Source: Escherichia phage MIZ4
Sequence record: OR167180
Length of the DNA: 64,000 nucleotides
Reading direction: 5' to 3' (one strand)
Position 1 is the stretch's first letter; the number at the start of each line of letters is the position of its first letter. This document shows positions 31,923-39,459 of this stretch, one piece after another. The translations under genes and the position numbers were made by a program. Under the pieces are notes generated by a model, which saw nothing but the letters and a program-made list of their open reading frames with translations, searched no databases and was not told the origin of the DNA.

Positions 31923-31955
31923 CTTTATTTCCCTCAATCTCGTTTCGATGGGTGT

Positions 31956-31984
31956 ATTATGCTATAGGCGTGATCTGGTGTCAA
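31956..31984 (-). promoter_or_regulatory. Sigma70-type early promoter cassette
   Basis: TTGACA-17-CATAAT, conserved leader. Confidence 0.6.
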
Positions 31985-32042
31985 TGCCTTTTTTTAAAAT
32001 TTTATGCAATAAAAAAGCCGACACTAAGGTCGGCTAATAAAA

Positions 32043-32351
32043 TCATTTAGACAAATAATCATTCTGTGCAATCCGGTCGGCGTATGCTGGTGTTATGTCA
32101 ATCGCCAGCACTTTAACGCGTGCTTTCTTGCGACCTGGGTTTTCTCGTAACCAGTGCTCATGACCGTGAACATTTTTATACTTTGATGCTGTTTCGAAAG
32201 TACGGATCGGACCTGGGTAATCAGCGTAAAGGATCTCTAGATCTTCGGTGATGTAAAAATATACATCGTAATTGCTGTTCTCTAGCTTAAGCAGAGACTT
32301 TCGGAACATTGGGAGATTTTCGCGGGTAAATTCAAAGATATTATCTTTCAT
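32043..32351 (-). CDS. HxHW-family small protein, member 1 (102 aa)
   Basis: Shares YFYITEDLEILYADY ... HGHEHW ... KVLAIDI with five paralogs. Confidence 0.7.
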   Translation of the reverse strand: MKDNIFEFTRENLPMFRKSLLKLENSNYDVYFYITEDLEILYADYPGPIRTFETASKYKNVHGHEHWLRENPGRKKARVKVLAIDITPAYADRIAQNDYLSK

Positions 32352-32380
32352 AGTATTATCCTCAATAGTTGGATGAAAAG

Positions 32381-32397
32381 GGGCGTTAACGCCCCCA
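32381..32397 (-). terminator. Hairpin (possible leaky terminator)
   Basis: GGGGCGTTAACGCCCC followed on the minus strand by TTTTC. Confidence 0.4.
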
Positions 32398-32401
32398 TAT
32401 A

Positions 32402-32689
32402 TTAAAACAGTCCTTCCTGTACACCGTAGTAGAGTTCGTCGCTGATAATTTCATTAATGCGACGGTGTGTATATTCCTGATTTGCGAAGTTGTCAGCAAG
32501 TTCTACTTTAGTTTCGCCGTCATGAGTCCATTTAGTGATAACTTTACCATCTGCAAATTTGAAGTTGAACTCTTTAGCTACTGCATCGCGTACCAGACGT
32601 GCAAACTTATTGTTGCGGATTGCATTGTCGGTTTCGTGTGCAGCGTGAGCAAATTTGTTAACTTTCAGAGTGATAGTGATGTATGCCAT
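32402..32689 (-). CDS. KEFN-family small protein, member A (95 aa)
   Basis: Paralog of 35712..36023 (LVRDAVAKEFNFK vs IREVRKALAKEFNTK). Confidence 0.65.
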   Translation of the reverse strand: MAYITITLKVNKFAHAAHETDNAIRNNKFARLVRDAVAKEFNFKFADGKVITKWTHDGETKVELADNFANQEYTHRRINEIISDELYYGVQEGLF

Positions 32690-32734
32690 AATTTGATTCT
32701 CCTAGTTAGAAAGTGTATCTCGTTTCGATGGGTG

Positions 32735-32763
32735 TATTATGCTATACACCCGATCCGTTGTCA
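32735..32763 (-). promoter_or_regulatory. Sigma70-type early promoter cassette
   Basis: TTGACA-17-CATAAT, conserved leader ACACCCATCGAAACGAGATACAC. Confidence 0.6.
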
Positions 32764-32770
32764 ACACTTT

Positions 32771-33049
32771 TTATAAAATAATTTTTTGATATTTTTCTAT
32801 GATGTTTGTGTAGGTCACATCAACCGCTAGCACCGTTGCTTCGAATCCACCGTTTAGCCAATGGCTATGATCATGATCGTGAAAGAAACCTAGACCAGTA
32901 CGAAGACCTTCTTTATATTCGGCGCGTACATTCAGTTTGTCGTCGATAAACAGATAAAACCATGAATTTTTACTAGGATTGATGATACAACCTTTCAGAT
33001 TAGGGAGAATATCACGACTAAGAATAAACTTATCACCTACTTTGAACAT
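32771..33049 (-). CDS. HxHW-family small protein, member 2 (92 aa)
   Basis: WFYLFIDDKLNV ... HDHDHSHW ... TVLAVDV; start at ATG 33049. Confidence 0.7.
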   Translation of the reverse strand: MFKVGDKFILSRDILPNLKGCIINPSKNSWFYLFIDDKLNVRAEYKEGLRTGLGFFHDHDHSHWLNGGFEATVLAVDVTYTNIIEKYQKIIL

Positions 33050-33053
33050 AATA

Positions 33054-33374
33054 TTAGTCCTCACTTATAAGGTCAAACCAATTGTTTTTAGCATAATGCT
33101 TAATGCGTGCTTGATCTGCTTCCGCTGGTGATAGATTCCATGCAACCACTACAACTTCTGACGCATCGTCATCAGTTTCTGATACCCAATGATTGTGATT
33201 CATACAGTTATTTGCTATCGAGTGAGCAAATGATTTCATCACTGGAGACGTATAATCATAGTAACGGATTTTCAGATTTTCATCAACATACAAGTAGATC
33301 GTATACGGCTTATATTCAGTAACCAGTAACAGACAGTTACGCAATTCTGGGAAAATCTTTTTAGTTAATTTCAT
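33054..33374 (-). CDS. HxHW-family small protein, member 3 (106 aa)
   Basis: YTIYLYVDENLKIRYYDY ... NHNHW ... VVVVAW; GGAGAA RBS. Confidence 0.65.
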   Translation of the reverse strand: MKLTKKIFPELRNCLLLVTEYKPYTIYLYVDENLKIRYYDYTSPVMKSFAHSIANNCMNHNHWVSETDDDASEVVVVAWNLSPAEADQARIKHYAKNNWFDLISED

Positions 33375-33576
33375 ATTCTAGTTCTCCGTAATACACGGTA
33401 ATCCATTTTTCTTCATACTTTGTATCTTTCCAACACACAATCCCGTTTACTGTGCAATCTTTGGAATTGACGAATGATTCATATTGTTCCGCATCTTCCA
33501 TCATTTCATGAGCGGTCTTTTCATCGAATATATCGCAGATCGCTTTATATGCTCGATAATCTTTAAATTTGCTCAT
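33361..33576 (-). CDS. MSKFKDY-family small protein, copy 2 (71 aa)
   Basis: Tandem paralog of 33579..33788 (MSKFKDYRAYKAI vs MSKFKDYKAYQQI). Confidence 0.6.
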   Translation of the reverse strand: MSKFKDYRAYKAICDIFDEKTAHEMMEDAEQYESFVNSKDCTVNGIVCWKDTKYEEKWITVYYGELEYEIN

Positions 33577-33578
33577 AA

Positions 33579-33788
33579 TTAACACCACTCAAGAGTTTTT
33601 GAAAACACATCTATCCATTGTTGAGTATATGCGGTTTCTTTCCATGATACAATACCAGTCGAATAATGGTTTTTGTTTCCAGAAAAGGACGGGCATTTTG
33701 ATGCATCTTCCATCATCTTTTCGGCGAACTCTGGTTCGTATACTCGCAAGATCTGTTGATATGCTTTGTAGTCTTTAAATTTGCTCAT
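33579..33788 (-). CDS. MSKFKDY-family small protein, copy 1 (69 aa)
   Basis: Tandem paralog of 33361..33576. Confidence 0.6.
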   Translation of the reverse strand: MSKFKDYKAYQQILRVYEPEFAEKMMEDASKCPSFSGNKNHYSTGIVSWKETAYTQQWIDVFSKTLEWC

Positions 33789-34053
33789 AATCGTTAACTA
33801 CCTTATCAGCTTCTTTTATTGTTTTTACATCAACTGCGATAATACGTAAAGGTTCGTCGAATGTCCACCAATGATCGTGAATATCAGCTTGTGATTTATC
33901 ACCAAAGGAATCACGAATATCATTTTTACATTTATAGCTAATGTGACCGTTATAGTCAACATAAAGGTAATTATCGAAAATCGGCGTTTTTAAGATCATA
34001 CCGAAAAATCTTTCTTTGTGTGTCTTATCCAGCGTTGCAGTAATTCGCATCAT
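33775..34053 (-). CDS. HxHW-family small protein, member 4 (92 aa)
   Basis: YLYVDYNGHISY ... IHDHWW ... RIIAVDV; AAGAGGA RBS. Confidence 0.7.
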   Translation of the reverse strand: MMRITATLDKTHKERFFGMILKTPIFDNYLYVDYNGHISYKCKNDIRDSFGDKSQADIHDHWWTFDEPLRIIAVDVKTIKEADKVVNDYEQI

Positions 34054-34065
34054 AATATATTCCTC

Positions 34066-34245
34066 TTAGAAAGGGATGGTCATTTCTTGAGCTTGTACAT
34101 TCTCGTTAGGATTAAACTTCATCCAACCGATATTGTCTACCAGCATATGCACATTTTTATCATATCCTACGTGAGTAGTCAACACTAAATGTGCTTTGCC
34201 TTCAACGATGATTTCCATGTACTTCTGAACTTCGATAGATTTCAT
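34066..34245 (-). CDS. Hypothetical small protein (59 aa)
   Basis: ATG preceded by the GGAGAATCAAAA leader; translated by eye (MKSIEVQKYMEIIVEGKAHL...). Confidence 0.5.
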   Translation of the reverse strand: MKSIEVQKYMEIIVEGKAHLVLTTHVGYDKNVHMLVDNIGWMKFNPNENVQAQEMTIPF

Positions 34246-34277
34246 TTTGATTCTCCGTTTGTTGTCTTGGTGGGAGT

Positions 34278-34306
34278 ATCTTACTACTCCCTTTAATCAT
34301 TGTCAA
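34278..34306 (-). promoter_or_regulatory. Early promoter cassette with hairpin over the -10
   Basis: TTGACA-17-TAAGAT; hairpin GGGAGTA-GTAAGA-TACTCCC encloses the -10 hexamer. Confidence 0.55.
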
Positions 34307-34309
34307 CGA

Positions 34310-34477
34310 TTATTTGTTAATTTCTGGTGCGTTGCTAGGATAGTAACCTTCTTTAACACCCAGATATTTTGCAACCATTCCGGTGATCTTCTGTGCTACT
34401 ACGATATCGAATTTCAGGTAGTCTTCACCGTGGTTTGCTACAATGTATGCTTCGCATTCTGCTTTAGTCTGGAACAT
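34310..34477 (-). CDS. Hypothetical small protein (55 aa)
   Basis: Start at MFQTKAECEAYIV; the track N-terminus MLTGDHRSPILHTY is the translated promoter. Confidence 0.55.
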   Translation of the reverse strand: MFQTKAECEAYIVANHGEDYLKFDIVVAQKITGMVAKYLGVKEGYYPSNAPEINK

Positions 34478-34511
34478 TTTTGATTCTCCTATATCTCGTT
34501 GGTATGTGTGT

Positions 34512-34540
34512 AGTATAGGGGATCGGTGATCCCCTGTCAA
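34512..34540 (-). promoter_or_regulatory. Sigma70-type early promoter cassette
   Basis: TTGACA-GGGGATCACCGATCCCC-TATACT. Confidence 0.6.
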
Positions 34541-34548
34541 CAACTTTT

Positions 34549-34857
34549 TTATTCTTCATCTTCATTTTTATCTTTATATGCGTACTTCATAAATTTGTCT
34601 GCTACTTTGTCCGCGTTTTCAGGTTCTACGTCTGACGCTAGGACAACAGCTAGTTCGGTTTTGTCGTTTCCATCATACCAATGATTATGAGTGTCGTTTT
34701 CTTCGATATAAAACGAATCATTTGGAGTTGTGCGACAATATACGTCTAAATTCCCATCGATATAAAAGATCCAATCCGAATACAAAATGATTGCTTTAGC
34801 CAGATTTTTATTGTCTCTTACAAAAGGTTCCGCGACAAATAGCTTAGTTTGTTCCAT
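34549..34857 (-). CDS. HxHW-family small protein, member 5 (102 aa)
   Basis: WIFYIDGNLDVY ... THNHW ... LAVVLASDV; GAGGA RBS. Confidence 0.7.
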   Translation of the reverse strand: MEQTKLFVAEPFVRDNKNLAKAIILYSDWIFYIDGNLDVYCRTTPNDSFYIEENDTHNHWYDGNDKTELAVVLASDVEPENADKVADKFMKYAYKDKNEDEE

Positions 34858-34873
34858 AATATTTTCCTCAAAA

Positions 34874-35065
34874 TTATACAGCTTCGTAAACTTCCCAATG
34901 TTCAGCGCCAACACGCTTAACGAAAAGGTTTTCTTTGATGTTATTCATAAACGCCTGGATGGATTTAATGCGGTTGGAAGGTTTCCAGTCTTCGTTGGCA
35001 TTGCGGCGATACATAATAACATTACCAGTTCGCTTATATTCAGCAACCATTTTAAGACCACACAT
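34874..35065 (-). CDS. Hypothetical small protein (63 aa)
   Basis: ATG with GAGGATAA RBS. Confidence 0.5.
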   Translation of the reverse strand: MCGLKMVAEYKRTGNVIMYRRNANEDWKPSNRIKSIQAFMNNIKENLFVKRVGAEHWEVYEAV

Positions 35066-35122
35066 AATATTATCCTCAATTTGTGGGAGAGTATTACCCC
35101 TCCCAATGAATGTTATGTTATA

Positions 35123-35443
35123 TCACACAAAATGGCGTGTCAATGCTTCTTTTGCGGTTCCGCTAAGACTTTCGATCTCGCCTGGCATAACATCAACCGC
35201 CAGAACTTCTACAACATCCTCGGACCCTAACCAGTGAGTATGACCTTTGTAGAACTTGATAACCAGACTACCTTCCTCGTCCCATTTAACGCTATCGCTA
35301 GCCCACCACACATCACCGTCGATAAAGTTGATGTAAAGCACACTACGCCACATTGAATTAATTACTTTCAATACTGCGCCTTTCATCTCTTCCACGGTAT
35401 GGTCTTCCATTTTGAAGACCTCACCTACCCGAACTTTTGCCAT
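35123..35443 (-). CDS. HxHW-family small protein, member 6 (106 aa)
   Basis: VLYINFIDGDVWW ... GHTHW ... VLAVDV; GAGAGGTGA RBS. Confidence 0.7.
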   Translation of the reverse strand: MAKVRVGEVFKMEDHTVEEMKGAVLKVINSMWRSVLYINFIDGDVWWASDSVKWDEEGSLVIKFYKGHTHWLGSEDVVEVLAVDVMPGEIESLSGTAKEALTRHFV

Positions 35444-35460
35444 TTAGTCACCTCTCTTTA

Positions 35461-35640
35461 TTACATAACAATCACGCCAGCCGTTGAAAGTTGATGTTTC
35501 AACTGAGCATTTTCTGCTACCGTCAAATCAATGATTTCTTGTGACGCTGCAATCATATATCCATTGGTGATATTGTTTTGCATCAGTTCAATGGTTTCTT
35601 CGTTGTAGCGGATTTTAGCGATGATTTCGTTGAAGTTCAT
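35461..35640 (-). CDS. Hypothetical small protein (59 aa)
   Basis: Start at MNFNEIIAK; track N-terminus is the translated promoter. Confidence 0.55.
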   Translation of the reverse strand: MNFNEIIAKIRYNEETIELMQNNITNGYMIAASQEIIDLTVAENAQLKHQLSTAGVIVM

Positions 35641-35674
35641 GATTGATTCTCCTAGTTCGTTTCGGTATGTGTGT

Positions 35675-35703
35675 AGTATAGGGGATCGGTGATCCCCTGT
35701 CAA
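35675..35703 (-). promoter_or_regulatory. Sigma70-type early promoter cassette
   Basis: Identical to the cassette at 34512 (TTGACA-GGGGATCACCGATCCCC-TATACT). Confidence 0.6.
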
Positions 35704-35711
35704 CAACTTTT

Positions 35712-36023
35712 TTAAAGTTTTTCCATGATAACGGTCATAATTACATCTTCTGCGCGAGCGGTCAGATTATCAGCGTCAGGATGTGGGCGGTTGGTTGTTA
35801 CAGAGATAACACCGTTGCGCACTGGTTTGATATTGATATCAAGATGATCCGCGAAACGTTCGCCATTTACAGAATGAATTTTGGTGTTAAATTCTTTTGC
35901 CAGTGCCTTGCGAACTTCACGAATCAGGGTAGCGTTTTTCAGTTGGTTCTCCGCGCTCATGGTCTTCTGGGTGTTCATGGTTCCGTCGAAGTCAATCATT
36001 GGCAGCGTTACGATGTATTTCAT
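35712..36023 (-). CDS. KEFN-family small protein, member B (103 aa)
   Basis: Paralog of 32402..32689; conserved GGAGAATCAAAA leader. Confidence 0.65.
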   Translation of the reverse strand: MKYIVTLPMIDFDGTMNTQKTMSAENQLKNATLIREVRKALAKEFNTKIHSVNGERFADHLDINIKPVRNGVISVTTNRPHPDADNLTARAEDVIMTVIMEKL

Positions 36024-36068
36024 TTTTGATTCTCCGTTTAAGAAAGTGTGTTTCGTTTTGATGTGTGT

Positions 36069-36098
36069 ATTATAAGGGGATCACCGATCCCCTGTCAA
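36069..36098 (-). promoter_or_regulatory. Sigma70-type early promoter cassette
   Basis: TTGACA-GGGGATCGGTGATCCCC-T-TATAAT (18-nt spacer). Confidence 0.6.
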
Positions 36099-36110
36099 CA
36101 ACTTTTTGGA

Positions 36111-36587
36111 TTATTTTTCTTGATGCTCGCGCTCATACTTTTCGAAATAAAATTCTACTGGCTGATCGTGGATTGAAAGCAAGCCAAAGCGTTTAGCCGC
36201 TCGCAATCCCATATTGCGCTGAATGTACTTCTGGAAGTTCTCTCGTATACACTTACGCCAGTATTCTAAGCCCATACAGCTTTTATAAAGATTGCATTGT
36301 ACACACGCCGGATTCATGTTATCAAGTATATCATGTTCCGGTTTATGCATTCCTACAACCTTATACTTCCACGATCCATCATCATTACGGGCAATTCGTC
36401 CATTTTCATCATAGACTACCTTTGAGCGTCGCAATACTGGTTTGATGTGGTCTGCGTGCCAGCGATCCCCTAGTTCCTCGCCACAATAGGCACAACGTCC
36501 ACCGTATTTCATTTTCAGGATCTGGCGTTGCTCTTTCTTTGACAATTTTTTAGGTTTAGGGGCTTTCGCCCCTTCATTATCACACAT
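36111..36587 (-). CDS. HNH endonuclease (158 aa)
   Basis: CAYCG ... WHADHIKP ... NMNPACVQCN; overlaps the 3' end of the ligase gene by 8 nt. Confidence 0.75.
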   Translation of the reverse strand: MCDNEGAKAPKPKKLSKKEQRQILKMKYGGRCAYCGEELGDRWHADHIKPVLRRSKVVYDENGRIARNDDGSWKYKVVGMHKPEHDILDNMNPACVQCNLYKSCMGLEYWRKCIRENFQKYIQRNMGLRAAKRFGLLSIHDQPVEFYFEKYEREHQEK

Positions 36588-38076
36588 CGAATACCTCTTT
36601 TACTGTATTTGCTGTGGTCTTGTCGTAGCGAATACGTTTGATGATTGGGAGAAATAAAGAGAACTCCGGTTCATCTTCTTTACGTGATTTGCTGCGAATG
36701 TACCCGTTGCATGTCATCTCAATGACTTTTCCAATCAGGTTATGACGGTCAGCCCATAACATTTCTCGGTCGAGTTCATTTCGACGATCGAACGGAATTA
36801 CACGTTCGATACCATCATCACCTTTTTCGGTTGTGGTGTCGGTTAATCCCGATCCGGTATTAGTCATCATTCGTCCGCACGCACTACGGACAGTAAAACC
36901 GCCTACCTTATTAGGATCTTTACTATGCGGATATACATCAACAATTTCCGCGTCGAAGTCAATAACTTCTTTAAATTTAACCTGATCTTTACTACGGCGA
37001 TCTTCAAATACACCATGTAAATTTTTAAGGATAATACCTTCTAAGCCCATGTTGACATAACGATGATATACTTCGCGAGCTTCATCGATATTGTTAACTA
37101 CGGTATTTTCGATTATCTGAACACGAGGATCGTTAAGTTCTTCAACAATCTGTTTTAGTTCTTCGAATCGATCTTTATATTGCTTCGTTGCTTTCTCGTT
37201 TCCGTAATACACATCACGGTCGATAACATCCCAGACAGTGTAAACAATACATTGGGCTTCTTCTTTTGGAATAGTTCCTTTCAGTGATTTGTTGAGGATA
37301 CCATTTCCGGTCTGACGATCTGCAACAACGGATTCTTTCACCGCTTCCGCTACTGGCGTTAATGGCATTTCCTCTTCTTCAAATATCCATGACAGAGTAC
37401 CATCATAAACGCTCTCAACGAAGTTCTGCGCTGGTGTTTGCGAAAGGGTAGGCATATATACCAATTCGCCATCTAGAACAATTCCACGGCCTCGTAGACG
37501 CTCTAAAACCGCAAACAAATCATCAAGCCCTTGATAGGTATTACCTGAACGGGTATAGATTGATAATGTTTCCCCGTCAATATCAGCCATACCACGAGCG
37601 CCATCGCTTTTAAGTTGTGCATACGCCGGATACTTGATATTAGCAATAGTCTTATCAGAACATGACGATGCCAGGTGGCACGGTTGCTGGGGGATCAGTT
37701 TCTTCCATACCTTGTTTGCAGTGGTAGCGGAACAACCGCATTCCAGGTCACGATTCAGGACCATCATTGCAACTTTAGCATCATCCTCTGACAAGCAAGT
37801 CAGAGTATCGGTAACTAGCTGTAATGCTGCGTTGCCAGTTACTTGACGCGTGGCAAGTTTATTTTTAAAGACCTGTAATGCACCGGATAAAGACAATACA
37901 GACGAATAACGCGATGGTTTATCGTATTTCTTTACGCCAAACGTAACCTGTTTGCAATATGCCAGATAAAAGCATTCTTTCAGCGTTTCATTGCTCGCGG
38001 ATTCTTTCAGAATCTTTTCTTTCAGCGATGTTTTGTCTGTTGCTGCAAGCTGATTAATGATATTAAGAATTGACAT
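36580..38076 (-). CDS. 30: ATP-dependent DNA ligase (gp30)
   Basis: Matches T4 DNA ligase (active-site KSDGAR in YAQLKSDGARG, LDGELVY, GLEGIILK, RDLECG); start moved to ATG 38076. Confidence 0.93.
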   Translation of the reverse strand: MSILNIINQLAATDKTSLKEKILKESASNETLKECFYLAYCKQVTFGVKKYDKPSRYSSVLSLSGALQVFKNKLATRQVTGNAALQLVTDTLTCLSEDDAKVAMMVLNRDLECGCSATTANKVWKKLIPQQPCHLASSCSDKTIANIKYPAYAQLKSDGARGMADIDGETLSIYTRSGNTYQGLDDLFAVLERLRGRGIVLDGELVYMPTLSQTPAQNFVESVYDGTLSWIFEEEEMPLTPVAEAVKESVVADRQTGNGILNKSLKGTIPKEEAQCIVYTVWDVIDRDVYYGNEKATKQYKDRFEELKQIVEELNDPRVQIIENTVVNNIDEAREVYHRYVNMGLEGIILKNLHGVFEDRRSKDQVKFKEVIDFDAEIVDVYPHSKDPNKVGGFTVRSACGRMMTNTGSGLTDTTTEKGDDGIERVIPFDRRNELDREMLWADRHNLIGKVIEMTCNGYIRSKSRKEDEPEFSLFLPIIKRIRYDKTTANTVKEVFDV

Positions 38077-38542
38077 TTTCACCTCGTTTTGTTAAACGTT
38101 CACGAATATCATTGAGGATACTACAAAATTCCGATTCAGTCAATATAGTCTTTAACGGATCAGTTCCACCTATACTATGACGCAATTTCTTATTTCCGGT
38201 AGCGAGTAATGCTTTACAAAATTCTGGGTTATTCCGTGCCATCGTAACAAATGCCAGATGTACCAGTCTGTAATAATGCTCACTCATTCGATGAATCGGG
38301 CGACCCTGAAAATATAACATGTGATTCTCTATCTTTTCGGTCCTTCCGGTTCTTTTTGCTTTGCCACCGTGCATCAAAAAGATTTCTCTTTGCTTTTCTG
38401 GATTCTTGAATCTTAATCCCTGTAAAAATCCTTCTGTGCTGTTAATATCGCAACCAAATAGACGGAATGGTCTTTTATTGAAATTGCTCAATTCACCCGA
38501 TGGATAAGGTCCACCCGCATAGATATCAATTTCAGAAGTCAT
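38063..38542 (-). CDS. NADAR/YbiA-like (DUF1768) protein
   Basis: 159 aa; GELSNF...PF, KALLATGNKKLRH resemble E. coli YbiA (GDFSNF, ALLLATAPAKLVEH). Confidence 0.55.
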   Translation of the reverse strand: MTSEIDIYAGGPYPSGELSNFNKRPFRLFGCDINSTEGFLQGLRFKNPEKQREIFLMHGGKAKRTGRTEKIENHMLYFQGRPIHRMSEHYYRLVHLAFVTMARNNPEFCKALLATGNKKLRHSIGGTDPLKTILTESEFCSILNDIRERLTKRGENVNS

Positions 38543-38696
38543 TGAAACTAATCTCGCTAATCAGAGAGAACGGATCATAATCGTCACTAGGAATATCGAT
38601 AGTAATCGAGTGAGGGTTTACCCATACACCAAACTGGTCTTCTTCGGTGAATACTTCTGTATGGATTTCGTGGATGTTTACATTCATAGTTTTCAT
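38532..38696 (-). CDS. Hypothetical small protein (54 aa)
   Basis: Translated by eye (MKTMNVNIHEIHTEVFTEED...); overlaps the NADAR start by 11 nt. Confidence 0.4.
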   Translation of the reverse strand: MKTMNVNIHEIHTEVFTEEDQFGVWVNPHSITIDIPSDDYDPFSLISEISFNDF

Positions 38697-38745
38697 AATA
38701 AAATTCCTTAATAATCAATAACTTACAAAATCATATAGCCAAAAT

Positions 38746-38770
38746 ATAGGCGGGATTATTACCCGCCGTT
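38746..38770 (-). terminator. Hairpin terminator after gene 31 (minus strand)
   Basis: GGCGGGTAATAATCCCGCC followed by T-rich sequence. Confidence 0.45.
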
Positions 38771-38779
38771 TAAAAATCA

Positions 38780-39103
38780 TTAACCGTAAACTACCACAAT
38801 ATTCTGTTTGTGCGTTACAGTCCATTTCAGGTCGATCTCTTCTTCCTTCTTAACGCCGTTAATAACGTCTGGATGAGGAACTTTATTCATCTTTCCATGT
38901 GGCAGTAAAACAGTTTTACCCAGCAATTCTTTATCTACCGTCTCGCCAATATCAATAATCTTACCTACCAGCGGAATCTCACCCATAGTGCGCTTTTGCT
39001 CAATAATGATCCCCATAGAGCTTTTTACTTCGGTCCCTGCGCTTTCTGCTTTAGCTTCGATAATTACATAATCACCAAGTGCTTTAGGAGTTTTAACGGT
39101 CAT
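38780..39103 (-). CDS. 31: Co-chaperonin GroES homolog gp31
   Basis: 107 aa; GDYVIIEA...SGLIIG...GEIP pattern as T4 gp31/GroES. Confidence 0.8.
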   Translation of the reverse strand: MTVKTPKALGDYVIIEAKAESAGTEVKSSMGIIIEQKRTMGEIPLVGKIIDIGETVDKELLGKTVLLPHGKMNKVPHPDVINGVKKEEEIDLKWTVTHKQNIVVVYG

Positions 39104-39144
39104 AATTTTATTACCTCTTCAAATCAATACAGTTTAATGATGAA

Positions 39145-39459
39145 TTATTTATAAATTTCGACGATCTGCGCTGGAGTCAGCCCGTCTACATTAATCAGAC
39201 TATCAAGCCCAAAACTACGGAAACCTTCAACTGCAATTTCATATACTGGCAAAGATGTTTCTGATTCTTTACGCGGTTTTTCAACATTAGGAACTAACCA
39301 CTTTTCGTATGTTTCGAAAGGCATCAGTGCCGGATCTCGCGTGGCGATCATCTCGCGGACAGTACCATCTTTCTTAGTAAACTGCAAAGAGTAAGTACCG
39401 ACCGAAAACATTTTCTTTAGTGCTTCACGAAGTGCGATATTATCAATTTGTTCGGTCAT
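39145..39459 (-). CDS. Hypothetical protein (104 aa)
   Basis: ATG 39459; overlaps the cd stop. Confidence 0.55.
   Translation of the reverse strand: MTEQIDNIALREALKKMFSVGTYSLQFTKKDGTVREMIATRDPALMPFETYEKWLVPNVEKPRKESETSLPVYEIAVEGFRSFGLDSLINVDGLTPAQIVEIYK

Noticed and set aside
34478-34543. N-terminal extensions beginning MLTGDHRSPILHTY on track ORFs 34310..34543 and 35461..35706, and similar extensions on other track ORFs
   Set aside because: These residues are the translation of the promoter itself (TTGACA-GGGGATCACCGATCCCC-TATACT) starting at a TTG/GTG. The real genes start at the downstream ATG after the GGAGAATCAAAA leader.
30749-36098. Possibility that the regularly spaced repeated units form a CRISPR array
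   Set aside because: The repeats are promoter cassettes of variable sequence separated by 200-400 bp protein-coding ORFs, not 25-40 bp direct repeats with short unique spacers.
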